Source of the DNA: an uncultured Chthonomonadaceae bacterium
Lineage (GTDB): Bacteria > Armatimonadota > Chthonomonadetes > Chthonomonadales > Chthonomonadaceae
DNA: 64,000 nucleotides
Assembly (NCBI GenBank): GCA_963835065.1
Contig: CAWIEK010000042.1
Span: forward strand, 1 to 64,000
Direction of reading: 5' to 3'
A model generated the notes under the pieces. It was not told the DNA's origin. It worked only from the letters and a program-made list of their open reading frames with translations, and did no database searches. Positions within the stretch are counted from its first letter, which is position 1. Each line of letters begins with the position of its first letter. Positions 40,211 through 51,800 of the stretch are shown here, one piece after another. The position numbers and the translations under genes were made by a program.

Positions 40211-40615
40211 ATGCGCCGTTTTGTGGGATGGCTGCTAATTTGTTGTTTTCTGGTTTGGGGGCCGCTGGAAATGCTGCCCCTCGCCCTTGCCCCGCGCCTG
40301 CCCCACACCCCTGTTGCCGTTGCCTCCGCCAAACCCGCCTGCGCCTGCGCGATCTGCGCCGCCCGCCGCGCTGATCCCAAAGCCTGCTGCTGTACTAAAG
40401 CGTACACGCCCGCCGAAACACTGGTCATGCAGGCGCAATGCGACGACCAACACGCCACCGCCCTTGTCGTCAAAGCCAAACTGCCCCTGATACTGCCGAC
40501 GTTATTTGCATCCCCTGTCAGCCCTGTCTACGCCTTCAATCACGTCTTCTATTACGCGCCCCTCCTGCGCGTCCTGACTTCCGAACCTTCCGAACCGCCT
40601 CCCTGTCACGCTTAA
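40211..40615 (+). CDS. Cys-rich small exported protein with proline-rich C-terminus (DUF2946-like)
   Basis: Hydrophobic N-terminus, CACAIC..CCC..C cluster, ends EPSEPPPCHA. Confidence 0.65.
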   Translation: MRRFVGWLLICCFLVWGPLEMLPLALAPRLPHTPVAVASAKPACACAICAARRADPKACCCTKAYTPAETLVMQAQCDDQHATALVVKAKLPLILPTLFASPVSPVYAFNHVFYYAPLLRVLTSEPSEPPPCHA

Positions 40616-40781
40616 ACCTTGCCGTTTGTTCAAAACTCTTTTTTGATCGCCTGCTCACGGGGCGCAGCGTGTCGTTACACGCGCCCCGATTTGCCGCTAT
40701 GCCTGCCTTTACATTCTACAAAGGGAAACAAGGACAGCCTGAGCGCGGCGATACAACCCTTTTCCGCGTGACCGAGAGGCA

Positions 40782-41633
40782 ATGATGAAAACCCGAACAC
40801 CCAACACCCAACACCGAACACTCAACATAGGAAACAGGAAACAGGGAACAGGGAACAGAAGAAACTCAATCGAAAATCCCTCAACCCTCAACCGGGCGTT
40901 TACTCTGATCGAACTGCTCGTGGTCATAGCCATAATCGCGATTCTCGCCGCGATTCTGTTTCCCGTTTTTGCGCAGGCGCGGGAGAAAGCGCGTTCCATC
41001 GCCTGCCTGTCCAATGGTAAACAGATCGGCACGGCCCTGTATATGTACGTTCAGGATTACGACGAGACATACCCGCAGGAACATCCCGCCACCGCCAACC
41101 CGGTTCAGGATGACAACGCCGGGCAGTTGGAAGCCGAGGACTATGGCTCACCCTTTGACAAAATCCTGCCGTATGTGGCGAGCAAGGACAGCAGCAAGAC
41201 CCAACTTTATATCTGCCCGTCTGACCCCGACCCACACGGCAAGGCCATTACGGATGCAGGCGGCAACTGTATTTCCAACAGCGCGCCGCCGCCCGGTCCC
41301 CTGAGCAGTTACATCATCAATGCCTATTACCTGTTCGGCGCGACCCTGGCGCAAATCAATGCCCCGTCACAGTCCATTTATGTCGTAGAACGCCGCAGCG
41401 AAGGCAACAAAAACACGGACTTTTGCGACGTGCATTACCACCCCTGGCTTGCGGAAGTGGAACTGCCAACAACGCCCAATGATACGGTCAATCCCGTCGC
41501 CCTTGCCGCCAAACGGCACACGGGCGGCAGCAACTACGTTTATGCGGACGGCCACGCCAAGTGGCAGCGCTTTGAAAACACGCGCAAGCCATTTGAGGGC
41601 CATACCCTTTATGGCGAACATCAGGCATTCTAA
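40782..41633 (+). CDS. Prepilin-type N-methylation / DUF1559 protein with H-X9-DG motif
   Basis: [64 protein letters not shown]. Confidence 0.92.
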   Translation: MMKTRTPNTQHRTLNIGNRKQGTGNRRNSIENPSTLNRAFTLIELLVVIAIIAILAAILFPVFAQAREKARSIACLSNGKQIGTALYMYVQDYDETYPQEHPATANPVQDDNAGQLEAEDYGSPFDKILPYVASKDSSKTQLYICPSDPDPHGKAITDAGGNCISNSAPPPGPLSSYIINAYYLFGATLAQINAPSQSIYVVERRSEGNKNTDFCDVHYHPWLAEVELPTTPNDTVNPVALAAKRHTGGSNYVYADGHAKWQRFENTRKPFEGHTLYGEHQAF

Positions 41634-41717
41634 AAGGAGTTCCGCCTGCTCCTGCCGAAACTAATTACGTCTTTAAGACAGTCTCTACACCCTTTGTTGT
41701 GTTGAAGGTCCGTGATT

Positions 41718-42532
41718 ATGGCGTTAATGGTTCGGCAGTTGACCGGCGCGGATGCGCCCCTTTTGGAAGACTTGTACCGCAAAAACCCGCTGCGGTTTCT
41801 GACGCCGCGCATGAATCTGGAAGTGTACGGCTTTGACGGGCCAACGATCTGTTCGTGGGGAGCCTTCACGCCGGACGGCAGCGCGCTGCAAGGCATCTTA
41901 CTGCGTTTCAACAACACGGCGATCATTGCCGATCTGGATGGGAGCGCGGCGTCCGCGTTTGCGCCCACAGTGGATGAGGAAAGAGGGCTGTTCGGGGTGC
42001 GCGGCACGATGGAAACCGTCCGGCGGCTGCGCGCCAATTTGCGCCGCTATACGACTAATGGCCTGGAACAAAGCACATACATGCAGCTTGTGGTTCCGCC
42101 CTTATGCCCGCCCGAAATCCTGCGCTGGCCCGTCCGGCCCGCCCGGACGATCTGGACATGCTGGCCGCTCTATATGCCGGAGCGTATACGATGTTTCGGA
42201 CGCGCGACAACGTGCAGGCGAAACTGGCGGAAACGCGCGTCTTTGTGGTGGAGGAAAAGGCGACGGGACGGAGTCCCGCGCGTATTTCGGCCTGCGCCCT
42301 GCTCAACATGGAGGGCAGGGATGCCGGCCTGATCGGAGGCGTGTTCACCGCGCCTCTTGCGCGGGGCAAAGGCTACGCCGGAGCCTGCACCGCCGCGTTA
42401 TGCCTCGACTTGCAGCGCGACGGCAAGCTGCCCTGCCTGTTCTATGAAAATCCGATTGCGGGGCGCGTGTATCGCAGATTAGGCTTTGAAGAAATCGGAC
42501 AATGGGGAGTGCTATATCTGAACAAAGGCTGA
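41718..42532 (+). CDS. GNAT acetyltransferase, frameshift near 42125
   Basis: IGGVFTAPLARGKGYAG..CLFYENPIAGRVYRRLGF. Confidence 0.85.
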
Positions 42533-42735
42533 TATAGAATAGCCCCTGTCAAGAAATCGGTGTTCACTTCAAAAAACGTGTTATTTCTGCTTTCGGTTAT
42601 AGGGGCTAAAGGCACATACTCCAATCCTATAACGGCAAACCCCGCCTAATGCTTCACATTCAGATAACCAGCTACCGCGTATACTGAAGGGGGTCGCAAC
42701 CAGTGTGCTTCCTTTTTGCATTATGGAGGAACAAC

Positions 42736-43017
42736 ATGATGACAGTACAGCCGCCGCGCTACCCGAAAGAAGAGGTTGCCCAACGCGGCGACGAAATCTA
42801 TAACCGCGACATTCGCCCGCAGGTAGACACCGAGCAAAACAAAGGCAAGTTTGTTCTCATTGACATTGAAACCGGCGCGTGGGAAATGGATGCCGACGAA
42901 ATGACCGCGTTTAAGCGCATGGATACGCGCCTGCCGCACGCGCAGGTGTGGATGGTACGGGTCGGTTATCCTTACGTGTACCGTTTTGGCGCAGGACGCA
43001 CTCGGAGGAGCGCGTGA
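42736..43017 (+). CDS. Small protein of the type found upstream of clan AA aspartic proteases
   Basis: EEVAQRGDEIY..IRPQV..GKFVLIDIETGAWE..RVG; GGAGG RBS; GTGA overlap with the next gene. Confidence 0.75.
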   Translation: MMTVQPPRYPKEEVAQRGDEIYNRDIRPQVDTEQNKGKFVLIDIETGAWEMDADEMTAFKRMDTRLPHAQVWMVRVGYPYVYRFGAGRTRRSA

Positions 43018-43391
43018 TTACCGGTGTTGTTACGGCTGCCCGAGAAGCCGTTCTCAGCATGACAGTGTACGATAGGAACGGGCAGCCACAAAAAGTCAAT
43101 TCTATTGTGGATACCGGCTTTACTGGGTGGTTTACCCTGCCGCCTGACGTTATTGCCGCACTCGGCTTGACATGGAAACGTTCGGCAAACGCCATTTTAG
43201 CCGATGGCAGCACGATCCTTACCAATGTTTATGAAGCCGTCGTGGAATGGGATGGGCAAACACTTACTATTCCGGTGACAGAAGCGGACGCTGATCCGCT
43301 CATTGGCATGTCGCTGATGTACGGCTACGACATTTTCATTCAAAATGTGGCTGGGGGCATTGTGACATTGAGACACCCTCTGCGGCCCTGA
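43014..43391 (+). CDS. Clan AA (retropepsin-like) aspartic protease
   Basis: IVDTGFTG, LADG and PLIGMSL motifs. Confidence 0.88.
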   Translation: MITGVVTAAREAVLSMTVYDRNGQPQKVNSIVDTGFTGWFTLPPDVIAALGLTWKRSANAILADGSTILTNVYEAVVEWDGQTLTIPVTEADADPLIGMSLMYGYDIFIQNVAGGIVTLRHPLRP

Positions 43392-43425
43392 CAAAAAGCA
43401 AATAGAGAGCATCGGCATCATCAGA

Positions 43426-43917
43426 TTACTCCAGCGCGATTTCTTCCGGGGTGAAGGCGGTGCGGTCATCGTTTAGCTGCCAGGCAGTCAGCGCGTCGGG
43501 TGTGCCGTCCAGAATGGACACAATGATATACGTGTACCAGGGTGAGGCCCACTCCCGATCATACACGCTCGGATGCGCGGGATGGTTGGGGTGCGAATGG
43601 TAGAAACCCAGCACTTTGCGCTTCGTGCGCCGCTCCTCCTGCATCAGCGCGAACATCGTATCCGGGGAGACGAGGTAGCGCCGCTCCTGCCCTACGGCTT
43701 CCACAGTCGGCGGCGCGGCCTGCAATTCTTCCTGCGCCAACACGCTGCGCTCAAAATCCTCGCTCGGCGCAAACGTGTTGTCCAGGCCCCGTACTTCCCG
43801 GACGATTTTCACATTATCGCTCACATCGCCAAGCAGCACACCCACGCACTCGCGCGGAAACGCTTCCACGCCATGTCGCCGTATCGCTTCCAAATCGGTT
43901 TCGGACATTCGTATCAC
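43426..43917 (-). CDS. JAMM/Mov34 (M67) metallopeptidase, Mec-like
   Basis: FPRECVGVLLG..GFYHSHPNHPAHPSVYD; GGAG RBS before GTG at 43917. Confidence 0.92.
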   Translation of the reverse strand: MIRMSETDLEAIRRHGVEAFPRECVGVLLGDVSDNVKIVREVRGLDNTFAPSEDFERSVLAQEELQAAPPTVEAVGQERRYLVSPDTMFALMQEERRTKRKVLGFYHSHPNHPAHPSVYDREWASPWYTYIIVSILDGTPDALTAWQLNDDRTAFTPEEIALE

Positions 43918-43929
43918 GAGTTTCTCCGT

Positions 43930-44056
<127 letters not shown>

Positions 44057-44060
44057 CCCC

Positions 44061-45014
44061 CTACTCCTGCCAGAACCGCTCCGACAAGTAGCGCGTCCCG
44101 CTGTCGCAGAAAATGGTGACGATCACGCCCTCATCCAGTTCATCCGCCAGGCGCAGGGAACAGACCAGCGCGGCGGCGGCGGAAATGCCCACGAGAATGC
44201 CCTCCTCGCGCGCCAGGCGTTTCACCATCGCATGCGCGTCTTCCGTGCCGACCTCGCGGTTTTCATCCGCCAGTTGGGGATCGTAAATGCCCGGCACAAT
44301 GGACGTCGCCATGTATTTCATGCCTTCCAGACCGTGAAACGGGGCATCGGGCTGAAACGAGATCAGGCGTATGTCGGGGTTGGCTTCGCGTAAAAAGCGC
44401 CCGGTTCCCATAAACGTGCCGCTTGTGCCCAGGCCGGCCACGAAGTGCGTGATGCGGCCCTGCGTTTGCCGCCAGATTTCCGGCCCCGTGCCCGTGTAAT
44501 GCGCCTGCCAGTTGGCGGGGTTGTTGTACTGGTCGGGATAAAAGTATCTGTCCGGTTCCTTCGCCACCAGTTCGCGCGCCTTGAGAATCGCGCCGTCGGA
44601 GGAAAGGCGCGGGTCGGTCAAAATCAATTCCGCCCCATACGCCTGTAGTAGCCGCTTGCGCTCCTCATTGGCGTTGAGCGGCAGGCACAGATGCACGGCG
44701 TAGCCCCGCGCCGCGCCGATCATCGCGTAAGCAATGCCCGTATTGCCGCTCGTGGCGTCCAGAATGATTTTCCCCGGCTTTAACTTGCCCGTTCGCTCGC
44801 CATCCAGAATCATGCTCCGCGCCGCGCGATCCTTTACTGAACCACCCGGATTGGCCCATTCCGCTTTGGCGTACACGGCAACGCGGGGATTGCGCGGGCG
44901 AATACGGTTCAGGCGAATTAAAGGCGTATTGCCGACCAGATTGAGAAGCTCCACGTCGCTGTCAAGGGCAGGCCGCTCCCGCGCGGCCTCTTGAACCGGT
45001 GGAACCGGAGTCAT
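44061..45014 (-). CDS. cysM: PLP-dependent cysteine synthase (CysM-like)
   Basis: VGNTPL, KAEWANPGGSVKDR, ATSGNTG, GLGTSGT. Confidence 0.9.
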   Translation of the reverse strand: MTPVPPVQEAARERPALDSDVELLNLVGNTPLIRLNRIRPRNPRVAVYAKAEWANPGGSVKDRAARSMILDGERTGKLKPGKIILDATSGNTGIAYAMIGAARGYAVHLCLPLNANEERKRLLQAYGAELILTDPRLSSDGAILKARELVAKEPDRYFYPDQYNNPANWQAHYTGTGPEIWRQTQGRITHFVAGLGTSGTFMGTGRFLREANPDIRLISFQPDAPFHGLEGMKYMATSIVPGIYDPQLADENREVGTEDAHAMVKRLAREEGILVGISAAAALVCSLRLADELDEGVIVTIFCDSGTRYLSERFWQE

Positions 45015-45520
45015 TGTTTCGCCTTTTCGCCCTTCCCGATGATGGGTTTGACCTTCAAAAATTGTGTTCATGGTTGTTTTTACGGCTTCGCTTACAGCGC
45101 CGTTCCGCCTGGAAAAGCTAATGGATAAAAAAGATTGATTTAATCAGGATTATAGCAGGGGAACGCGCCAAACGCAACTTTTCCGCCGCCACGCCTTTCA
45201 ATGTAGCGGCAGGCGAACGCCGAAAGTTCGTAGCCTTTCGGCTCCAGTACCTCCTGAACGGCGTCCCTATCAACTACAAACTATCAACTATCAACTCCTT
45301 AGCGGCAGCCAAGCGCAGATACAGGAGCAGGTAAAAGTGAGTGTATTACATTTCACAACAAGGATATGCCTTATTACGTAGCCGAATTTTCCAAAGCGGT
45401 GTTACAATGTTCAGCAGGAAAGTGGGCGGAGAAACCCAACGTAAGGTATTGAAATCAGTCACGAGGCACAATGCTCGCTTTCCCATGCCGTATTGGATTA
45501 ATTTGAGGAGAAAACTATTT

Positions 45521-46627
45521 ATGAGGAACAGTCCCACGCCTGCACAACTTGCTATTTCTGACGACGTAAAATCAGACCACAATGCTTCCATGAACGAGAA
45601 AGAGACCGGTAGAAGTGAAACTAGAGTATGCGCCCATGAGGAGCGCTTGCGTTTGGCTCTGGATGCGGCCCGCATGGGCGTATGGGATTGGAATTTGCAG
45701 ACGGAGGAGTTGTCGTGGTCGGCCGAGCATTACGCTCTTTTCGGCCTGGATGCGGCGCTGGCAACCGGAACGTATGACGATTTTGCCGAGCGCGTCCATC
45801 CCGACGACCGGGAAGAACTGCGGCAAACGGTTCAGCGCGCCCGCGATACGGATGGGGAGTATCGGCACGAATACCGCGTGGTTTGGCCGGATGGAAGCCT
45901 GCACTGGGTAGCGGGACACGGCAGATTCTTATACGACGGGGACGGTAAGGCAATCCGCATGACGGGCGTGCTGATGGACGCTACGGAGCGCAGATGGCTG
46001 CAAACACAGATGGAAGCGCAGATGGCACAGGCGCAGCAAGCCAACCGCGAACTGGAAGCCAACCGCCGCCAACTGGAAGAAGCCAATGCCCAACTTGCCC
46101 ATGCAAACGCGCGCCTGGAAGAACTCGTCACAACGGATGATCTGACCGGCCTGAAAAACAAGCGCGCGTTCGAGGCGTTTTTGGAGCGGGAGTACCAGGC
46201 GGCGGCGCGTTACGAGCATCCCTTATCGGTGATTCTGCTGGACGCGGATAAGTTCAAACAGGTGAATGATCGCTGCGGGCATCCGGCAGGCGACGCGGTG
46301 CTGCGCTGCATGGGAGAACTGCTGCAAACCCATTCGCGGCAAACGGATATGATCGCCCGTTACGGCGGCGAGGAGTTTGTGTACGTGCTGCCCGGTACCG
46401 ACGGCGCGGGGGCGGTTGCGTTTGCGGAACGGGTTCGGACGGCTCTGGAAACGTATGCGTGGGCGGAACACTGCGCGGAACAGCCGGTCACGGCCAGTTT
46501 TGGCGCGGCTACCCGAACCTCGATGACACAAAGCGCGGCAGAGTTGATTGCGCAGGCGGACCGCGCCCTGTACCGCTCCAAGCGCCGGGGCCGCAACCGC
46601 GTCACGCATTTTGCCGATATGTCCTGA
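45521..46627 (+). CDS. PAS - coiled coil - GGDEF diguanylate cyclase
   Basis: GVWDWN..VHPDDR..EYRVVWPDGSLHW PAS domain; DDLTGL; RQTD I-site; RYGGEEF. Start uncertain. Confidence 0.92.
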   Translation: MRNSPTPAQLAISDDVKSDHNASMNEKETGRSETRVCAHEERLRLALDAARMGVWDWNLQTEELSWSAEHYALFGLDAALATGTYDDFAERVHPDDREELRQTVQRARDTDGEYRHEYRVVWPDGSLHWVAGHGRFLYDGDGKAIRMTGVLMDATERRWLQTQMEAQMAQAQQANRELEANRRQLEEANAQLAHANARLEELVTTDDLTGLKNKRAFEAFLEREYQAAARYEHPLSVILLDADKFKQVNDRCGHPAGDAVLRCMGELLQTHSRQTDMIARYGGEEFVYVLPGTDGAGAVAFAERVRTALETYAWAEHCAEQPVTASFGAATRTSMTQSAAELIAQADRALYRSKRRGRNRVTHFADMS

Positions 46628-46656
46628 CGCGGTTTTTCTGCCTCAATATCTCTGAT

Positions 46657-47961
46657 TTAACGTTTGGCGGTGACGTCGGCGATGATTGGCAGCAGCAGTT
46701 TCTCGCCGGTCGGCATTGTCACGATCACCTGCGCCTGCAAGGGGCCGACAGGCGTGTCGCGGCTCAGTGTCACGCCCACAACGCTGACATTGGCATGACT
46801 GCCGGCGGGAGCCTCGCGGCCTGAAACCAGAGTTGCGCTTACCCAGGGGCTGCTGGTAGTAATGGTCAGTTTTTGTGGATTTAGCGGGGAACTGCCAGAC
46901 AGCATCACCTGCCGCGCCGCGCCGGTGCCTTCCATGAGACTGCCGAAATATACCGTTTTGGGCGCAAAGGCAATTCCCCCGGATACTTCTCCAACAATGG
47001 GAATACTAAACGCGATGGCCGGCTCCTGCGATACGGCGGCTGTTCCCCCGCTTGCCGGCGCGGATGCGTTTGTCGCCAAATGCGCCCGGTTTCCTGCCGC
47101 ATTGGCGCTTGCCGGCGTTGTGAATCGCAGCGCGCCCGTGAGCGGCCCGTGACGCGAGGGCGAGCGAAGGGCGACCCGGTAATGCTGTTCCGTCCACGCC
47201 TTGCCGTTGCGCGTGATCTGCTGCGGCTTGCCTTCCGGCACAACAGACACATCCGCGTTGGAACTGACCAGGGGCGGCAGAACTCCGGCGGGCGTCAGGG
47301 CGGCGTCCATGCTGACGGTAAGCGGCAGGGAGTCGTTTAATCCGCCATTCAACGCGCCGAAATTCAATAGAGACGGCGCGGCAATAATCGAGGTTCGGAC
47401 GGAAAGCGCGATGTCCAGGGTTGCCAGGGGCGTCGTGTTGCCGGGAGCATATACCCACGCCATTTTGTGCATTTCCCCGCCATGCTGGCCCGCCATGCGG
47501 ATGGACACGCGCACCTGTACCTTTTCGCCGGGCAGAAGCGACGTTTGGCGCAGGGGCGTGTTGTCTTTTGTCAGCAGCAGCGTTTCACAGCCGCACGAGC
47601 CGCGCAATTGCCCGATGACGATGGGATGTGGGGTTGTGTTTTGCAGCGTAAACACCCGTTCCAGATGGGGCGTTGTGGCCGGGTCCACTTCCCCCGCGTT
47701 CCAGCGCGCGCTGCCGGGCGCGACAATATCCACGCCCGGTTCCGGCACAATCGTAAGCGGCGTTGCCGGCGCGGGGGCGGGGCGGGGTATGGATGGCGCA
47801 ACAGTGCGGGGTGTTGTTGGCGGGGGGGTTTTGAGCGTGGAACTGCCGGGTTGGGAAGCGGGCGCAGACGCGGGTATTTGCGCGTTCAGGCGCGTCTCGA
47901 AACCGGCTCCTGCCGCCAATACAAGCGCCAGAAAAGAAAAGCGGCGCAATCTATTTTGCAT
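46657..47961 (-). CDS. Secreted DUF1573 / Ig-like domain protein
   Basis: Signal peptide, FTLQN..GSCGCE..LLPGE motif, then two more beta-sandwich repeats. Confidence 0.78.
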   Translation of the reverse strand: MQNRLRRFSFLALVLAAGAGFETRLNAQIPASAPASQPGSSTLKTPPPTTPRTVAPSIPRPAPAPATPLTIVPEPGVDIVAPGSARWNAGEVDPATTPHLERVFTLQNTTPHPIVIGQLRGSCGCETLLLTKDNTPLRQTSLLPGEKVQVRVSIRMAGQHGGEMHKMAWVYAPGNTTPLATLDIALSVRTSIIAAPSLLNFGALNGGLNDSLPLTVSMDAALTPAGVLPPLVSSNADVSVVPEGKPQQITRNGKAWTEQHYRVALRSPSRHGPLTGALRFTTPASANAAGNRAHLATNASAPASGGTAAVSQEPAIAFSIPIVGEVSGGIAFAPKTVYFGSLMEGTGAARQVMLSGSSPLNPQKLTITTSSPWVSATLVSGREAPAGSHANVSVVGVTLSRDTPVGPLQAQVIVTMPTGEKLLLPIIADVTAKR

Positions 47962-48679
47962 GGTACGTGCCTTTCCGGGTAGTGGAACGGGAAGAGGTTT
48001 GGGGTTGGGCGGGCGCGTCGCAGCGTCGTAATTCCGTCAGAATACGCGACACCAGGGCGGGCGCGGCGAACGCTTTTGCCCCATCCGCAGGCGAAGGGTT
48101 GGTATAGCGCAGGATGCCGCGCCGATCCAGGACAAACACGCGGGGGCAGGCAAGCGCCTGATAGCGTTCCGCCGCCTGATCCGTGTCATCGGTCAACAGC
48201 AGGGTTTGTTTCGCATCCAGCCCGGTTTCGATTATAAAGCGCGAAGCGTCTGCCGCCGCGCCCGTATACACCACCAGCGTCAAGGGGGGATGCGTTGCCG
48301 CGCCTGTGGCTTTTGACGGGGGCTTTTTTGCCGCTCCCTGCGCCGCTTCCGGTTTCCCCATTGCCCCTTGCAGGGTTTCCGGCTTTCCTGCCGCCATTGT
48401 GGGCGTTGCTTCCAATTCCCCGCTTCGCTGCACATCCGCCCACGCCCGCGCGCACTCGTGGCACGGTTCGCACCCGCAGTAAAAGAACAGCAGAACGCTG
48501 CGCCCCCGATACGACGCGAGGGCATGGGGTTTGCCCTGCGCGTCCGGCAGCGTAAACGCCGGAGCCGCCTGTCCGAGTTGCGGCAACGGCGGCGCAGACG
48601 GCGGCGCGGCCAGGCAATGGCTTCCGCTTCCAAGCGCCAACGCGCACAGCAACATTCGTACTATGCCCTTGTTCACCAT
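47951..48679 (-). CDS. Secreted redoxin (thioredoxin fold, CxxC)
   Basis: GQAAPAFTLPD..LASYRG..LLFFYCGCEPCHEC..PRVFVLDRRGILRY. Confidence 0.85.
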   Translation of the reverse strand: MVNKGIVRMLLCALALGSGSHCLAAPPSAPPLPQLGQAAPAFTLPDAQGKPHALASYRGRSVLLFFYCGCEPCHECARAWADVQRSGELEATPTMAAGKPETLQGAMGKPEAAQGAAKKPPSKATGAATHPPLTLVVYTGAAADASRFIIETGLDAKQTLLLTDDTDQAAERYQALACPRVFVLDRRGILRYTNPSPADGAKAFAAPALVSRILTELRRCDAPAQPQTSSRSTTRKGTYHAK

Positions 48680-48731
48680 TCTTCGCCTTTCGCCTTAACT
48701 TTTCAGCGCCATCTCCCAAGATACCAGTCTC

Positions 48732-48760
48732 CCCTCTCCCAAGCTTTTTGGGAGAGAGGG
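48732..48760. repeat. Short REP-like palindrome / possible terminator
   Basis: CCCTCTCCCAA-GCTTT-TTGGGAGAGAGGG. Confidence 0.45.
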
Positions 48761-48814
48761 CGTGTCCACAAGTGGACGCCCGGCGAGGGCCTGAATCAAT
48801 ATATGGAATGAGGT

Positions 48815-51800
48815 TTAGCGTGAGCCACTCCCTGCCAGAACGCGCGTTGTATATGCAATCCCCACGTTGGCGGGGTTGGTGAAGTCCAGCGTCAGGGTGG
48901 TCGTGCCGCCTGCGCCGAGCGCGCTGCCGGACAGCGTGGCGTTGATATACGGGCTGTTGACGGGCGTCAGCAGGTTGGTCACGCCGGTTTTATTGTACAG
49001 CGCCACGCCCGCGTTCAATTTGTCGAGCGCAAGCGAGATGGGCGCGGTGATGGCGTTGTTGCTCGTGTTGGTCAGGGTGATGGTCTGCTGATAGTGTCCC
49101 GTCGAGCGGTTGTACCGATACGCGGAGCGCGTCACCGTAACCTTATCGCTGACATCCTGCGCGATGGCGTCAATGGTGAACAGCAGGCCATTGGACTTGC
49201 CGCCACCCGGCGCGGGATTGGATACCTGTACGCTGGCCGTGCCGCCATACGCGAGGTCGGCATCCGAGACCGTGAAACTGACCTGCGCCGACGACAGGTA
49301 CGTGGTCGGATGGACGACGCCGTTCCAGGTGACGACGGAACTTTCCACGAACCCCGACCCGGTAATGGTGATCGCAAATCCCTTGCTGCCGGCTTTGGCC
49401 GAAGTGGTGGACAGGGACGTAAGCGACGGCACGGGATTGTTGACGGTAAAACTCATCACATTGGAGACTGCGCCGAAACCGCCGTTCGCCACCATGAGCG
49501 TGGCGGTTCCCGCGGCGGCAACGTCACTGGCGGGGATCGTGGCGCGGAGCCGGGTCGCCGACAGGTACTGCGTGATGCGCTGTGAACCGTTCCAGTACAC
49601 CTGCGAGTCGGCGGTGAAGCCGGTTCCGCTGACGGTGAGGGTAAAGGCTGGGCTTCCCGCCACAATGGAAGCCGGGTCCAGCCCGTCCAGCGTGATTTTC
49701 GTGACGGCAAGCGGCACGATCATTGCCAGCTTGTCGCGAGAACTGGTCACGAGATAGCCGTACCAGGGCGTAAACAGGATGCTGTCGGGGTTTTCATCCG
49801 GCAGTCCGAGCGTTTTGTACATTTGGGCGGCCACATCGTAGTATTGGGCGGACGAGTTGACCGACAGCGGTGTTTGCATTCGCGCGCCGTCTTGCAGCGT
49901 CAGGGTTTTGGTTCCGTCCGTCACCAGCAGGTCTTTCCAATCGACGGTGAACGGGAGCGGGTTGCCCAATTGCGTCAGGCCGATGTACGGCAGGGACAGC
50001 GAGCGATCCGCAAAGTCCACGCGGTAGCCGTTGAACAGAATGGATCGTACTTCATTCCGATTCGTTTGCAGGAGATAGCCTTCGCCCGTCAGCAGATTGC
50101 CGAAAGCGCGGGGGCTGTCTTTGCTGTAGAAAATCGTGTCCTGAATGGTACTATCGAAACGGGACAGTCGCCCCGACAGGCCCGACCGTCGCCGGGATCG
50201 AAATTGGTCAGCACTTTGGGCGGGGTGGGATCGAGCGGCATACCCGGCAGGGCGAACAGGTTGGTTCCGGGCGCAAGCTGGCCGGGCGGCGATTGGAACG
50301 TCAGCGCCAAGCTTGCGGTATCGGTAAACACGTCCTGTGCGCGGCGCGTCCTGATCAGGGGGCTGTATTTGCCGCCACAAATTCCATGGACGCGATCCCG
50401 GTCATGCCAACGACATCGCCCACAGCGGGCGTACTGCCAAGCGCAGGCAGCATCACCTTGACTGGTGTACCGTAGCCATCATCGAGCAGCAGCGCAAGGC
50501 TGTTGACCGCCGTAACCCGGCTCAACGTGCGCGTCAGCAGGCCAACCGTTGTCAGGCCGGAGCCGCCCGTCATGCCGATTTGCCCCGCGCCGCTGTCGGG
50601 ATCGTAGGCGTAATCGCCGCCGAAGTAATGGCGCGTGGTCAGGCCGAGCGGACTGATGCCTGCGCGCCGGTTACGTTCACCTGGCTGGCCTCCACGAAGC
50701 GTTCGCCGTTCGCGTCCGTTCGCATGGTTCCCATGACGGTGGCGAGCGCGCCCTCGCGGATGGTATCCTGCGGCGTGCTGTAGATCACTTTCAGCGCGGA
50801 ACTCCGATCCTGCGCTTCGACATAGAAACTGTCGGAGTAGTGGGCCGTAATGACGACATCCGTCAGAATCACCTGCAGGCCGTTGCCAAGTTTTTTGGCT
50901 CCCCCGGCGGGACGTTGGCGGGCGCAAGCTGTCCGTAGATAAGCGTGTACGCGCCGGTCGTGTCCTTGTCGAACACGTACAAGCGTTGCTGGCGATCCGG
51001 GGACTGCCCGACAAGGCGCACCGTGCGGTCTGTCGTCCAGGCGTTGTCGCCAACGCGAATTTCCTTGCCGTCGGAGCGGATCACGCGCAGCAGTTGGTAC
51101 TTGCCTTTGGCCGGGTCGTTCGTCCGCATATAAACAAAGCCGCCGGACGGATTGGACAGCGTCAGCTTCACTTTGAGATGCGCGTTCGACACCGCGCCAT
51201 CCGTCATGGCATCCGTGCGGGCGGTAACAGGGCTGGTCGTGTTGTCACTGCTCCAGACGGTATCCGGCAGTTTGTTCACGTCGGGAATGTCGTTGACAAG
51301 GAAATCGGGCTTGCCGTCGTCGTCGGGTCTACAATGCGGACGACGTGTTCCAGTATCGTGAATGTCCACGCTGTCAATCAGGGACGTGCGCGGGTTGCCC
51401 AGATCATCGACATGCTTAAACTGGCGTCGTAATCAATAAACTTGCCTTGCAGCGTGGAAGTCATAAAGAAGGTTGCGGTCGCTGTGCTTTGCGGCGCGAG
51501 GTCGCCCAGATTGACCAGAAGCGAGGGCGAGACGGGCATCGCGTTGACCTGTGAGCCAATCAGCATGAAGGCGATGAGCAGGCCCTTCTGGTTGTCCACG
51601 ATTTGCGGCTGCGACGAGGCGATCTGCAAGTTCGCGCCGTGCCATAGCCCTTGTTGACCACGAGCAAGCCGAGAGCAAACGGCTCTGACGGCTCGATGTC
51701 GGGCGTAAACGGATCATCGGCATACACGTCGCGCTGCCAGAAATAATGGAATTGCAGCAAGGGATCGGGCTTGACGATGATCGGCGTCGGGTCAAGGGGG

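Noticed and set aside
42736..43391. Small gene plus aspartic protease pair as a novel system
   Set aside because: A commonly seen two-gene arrangement; nothing distinctive here.
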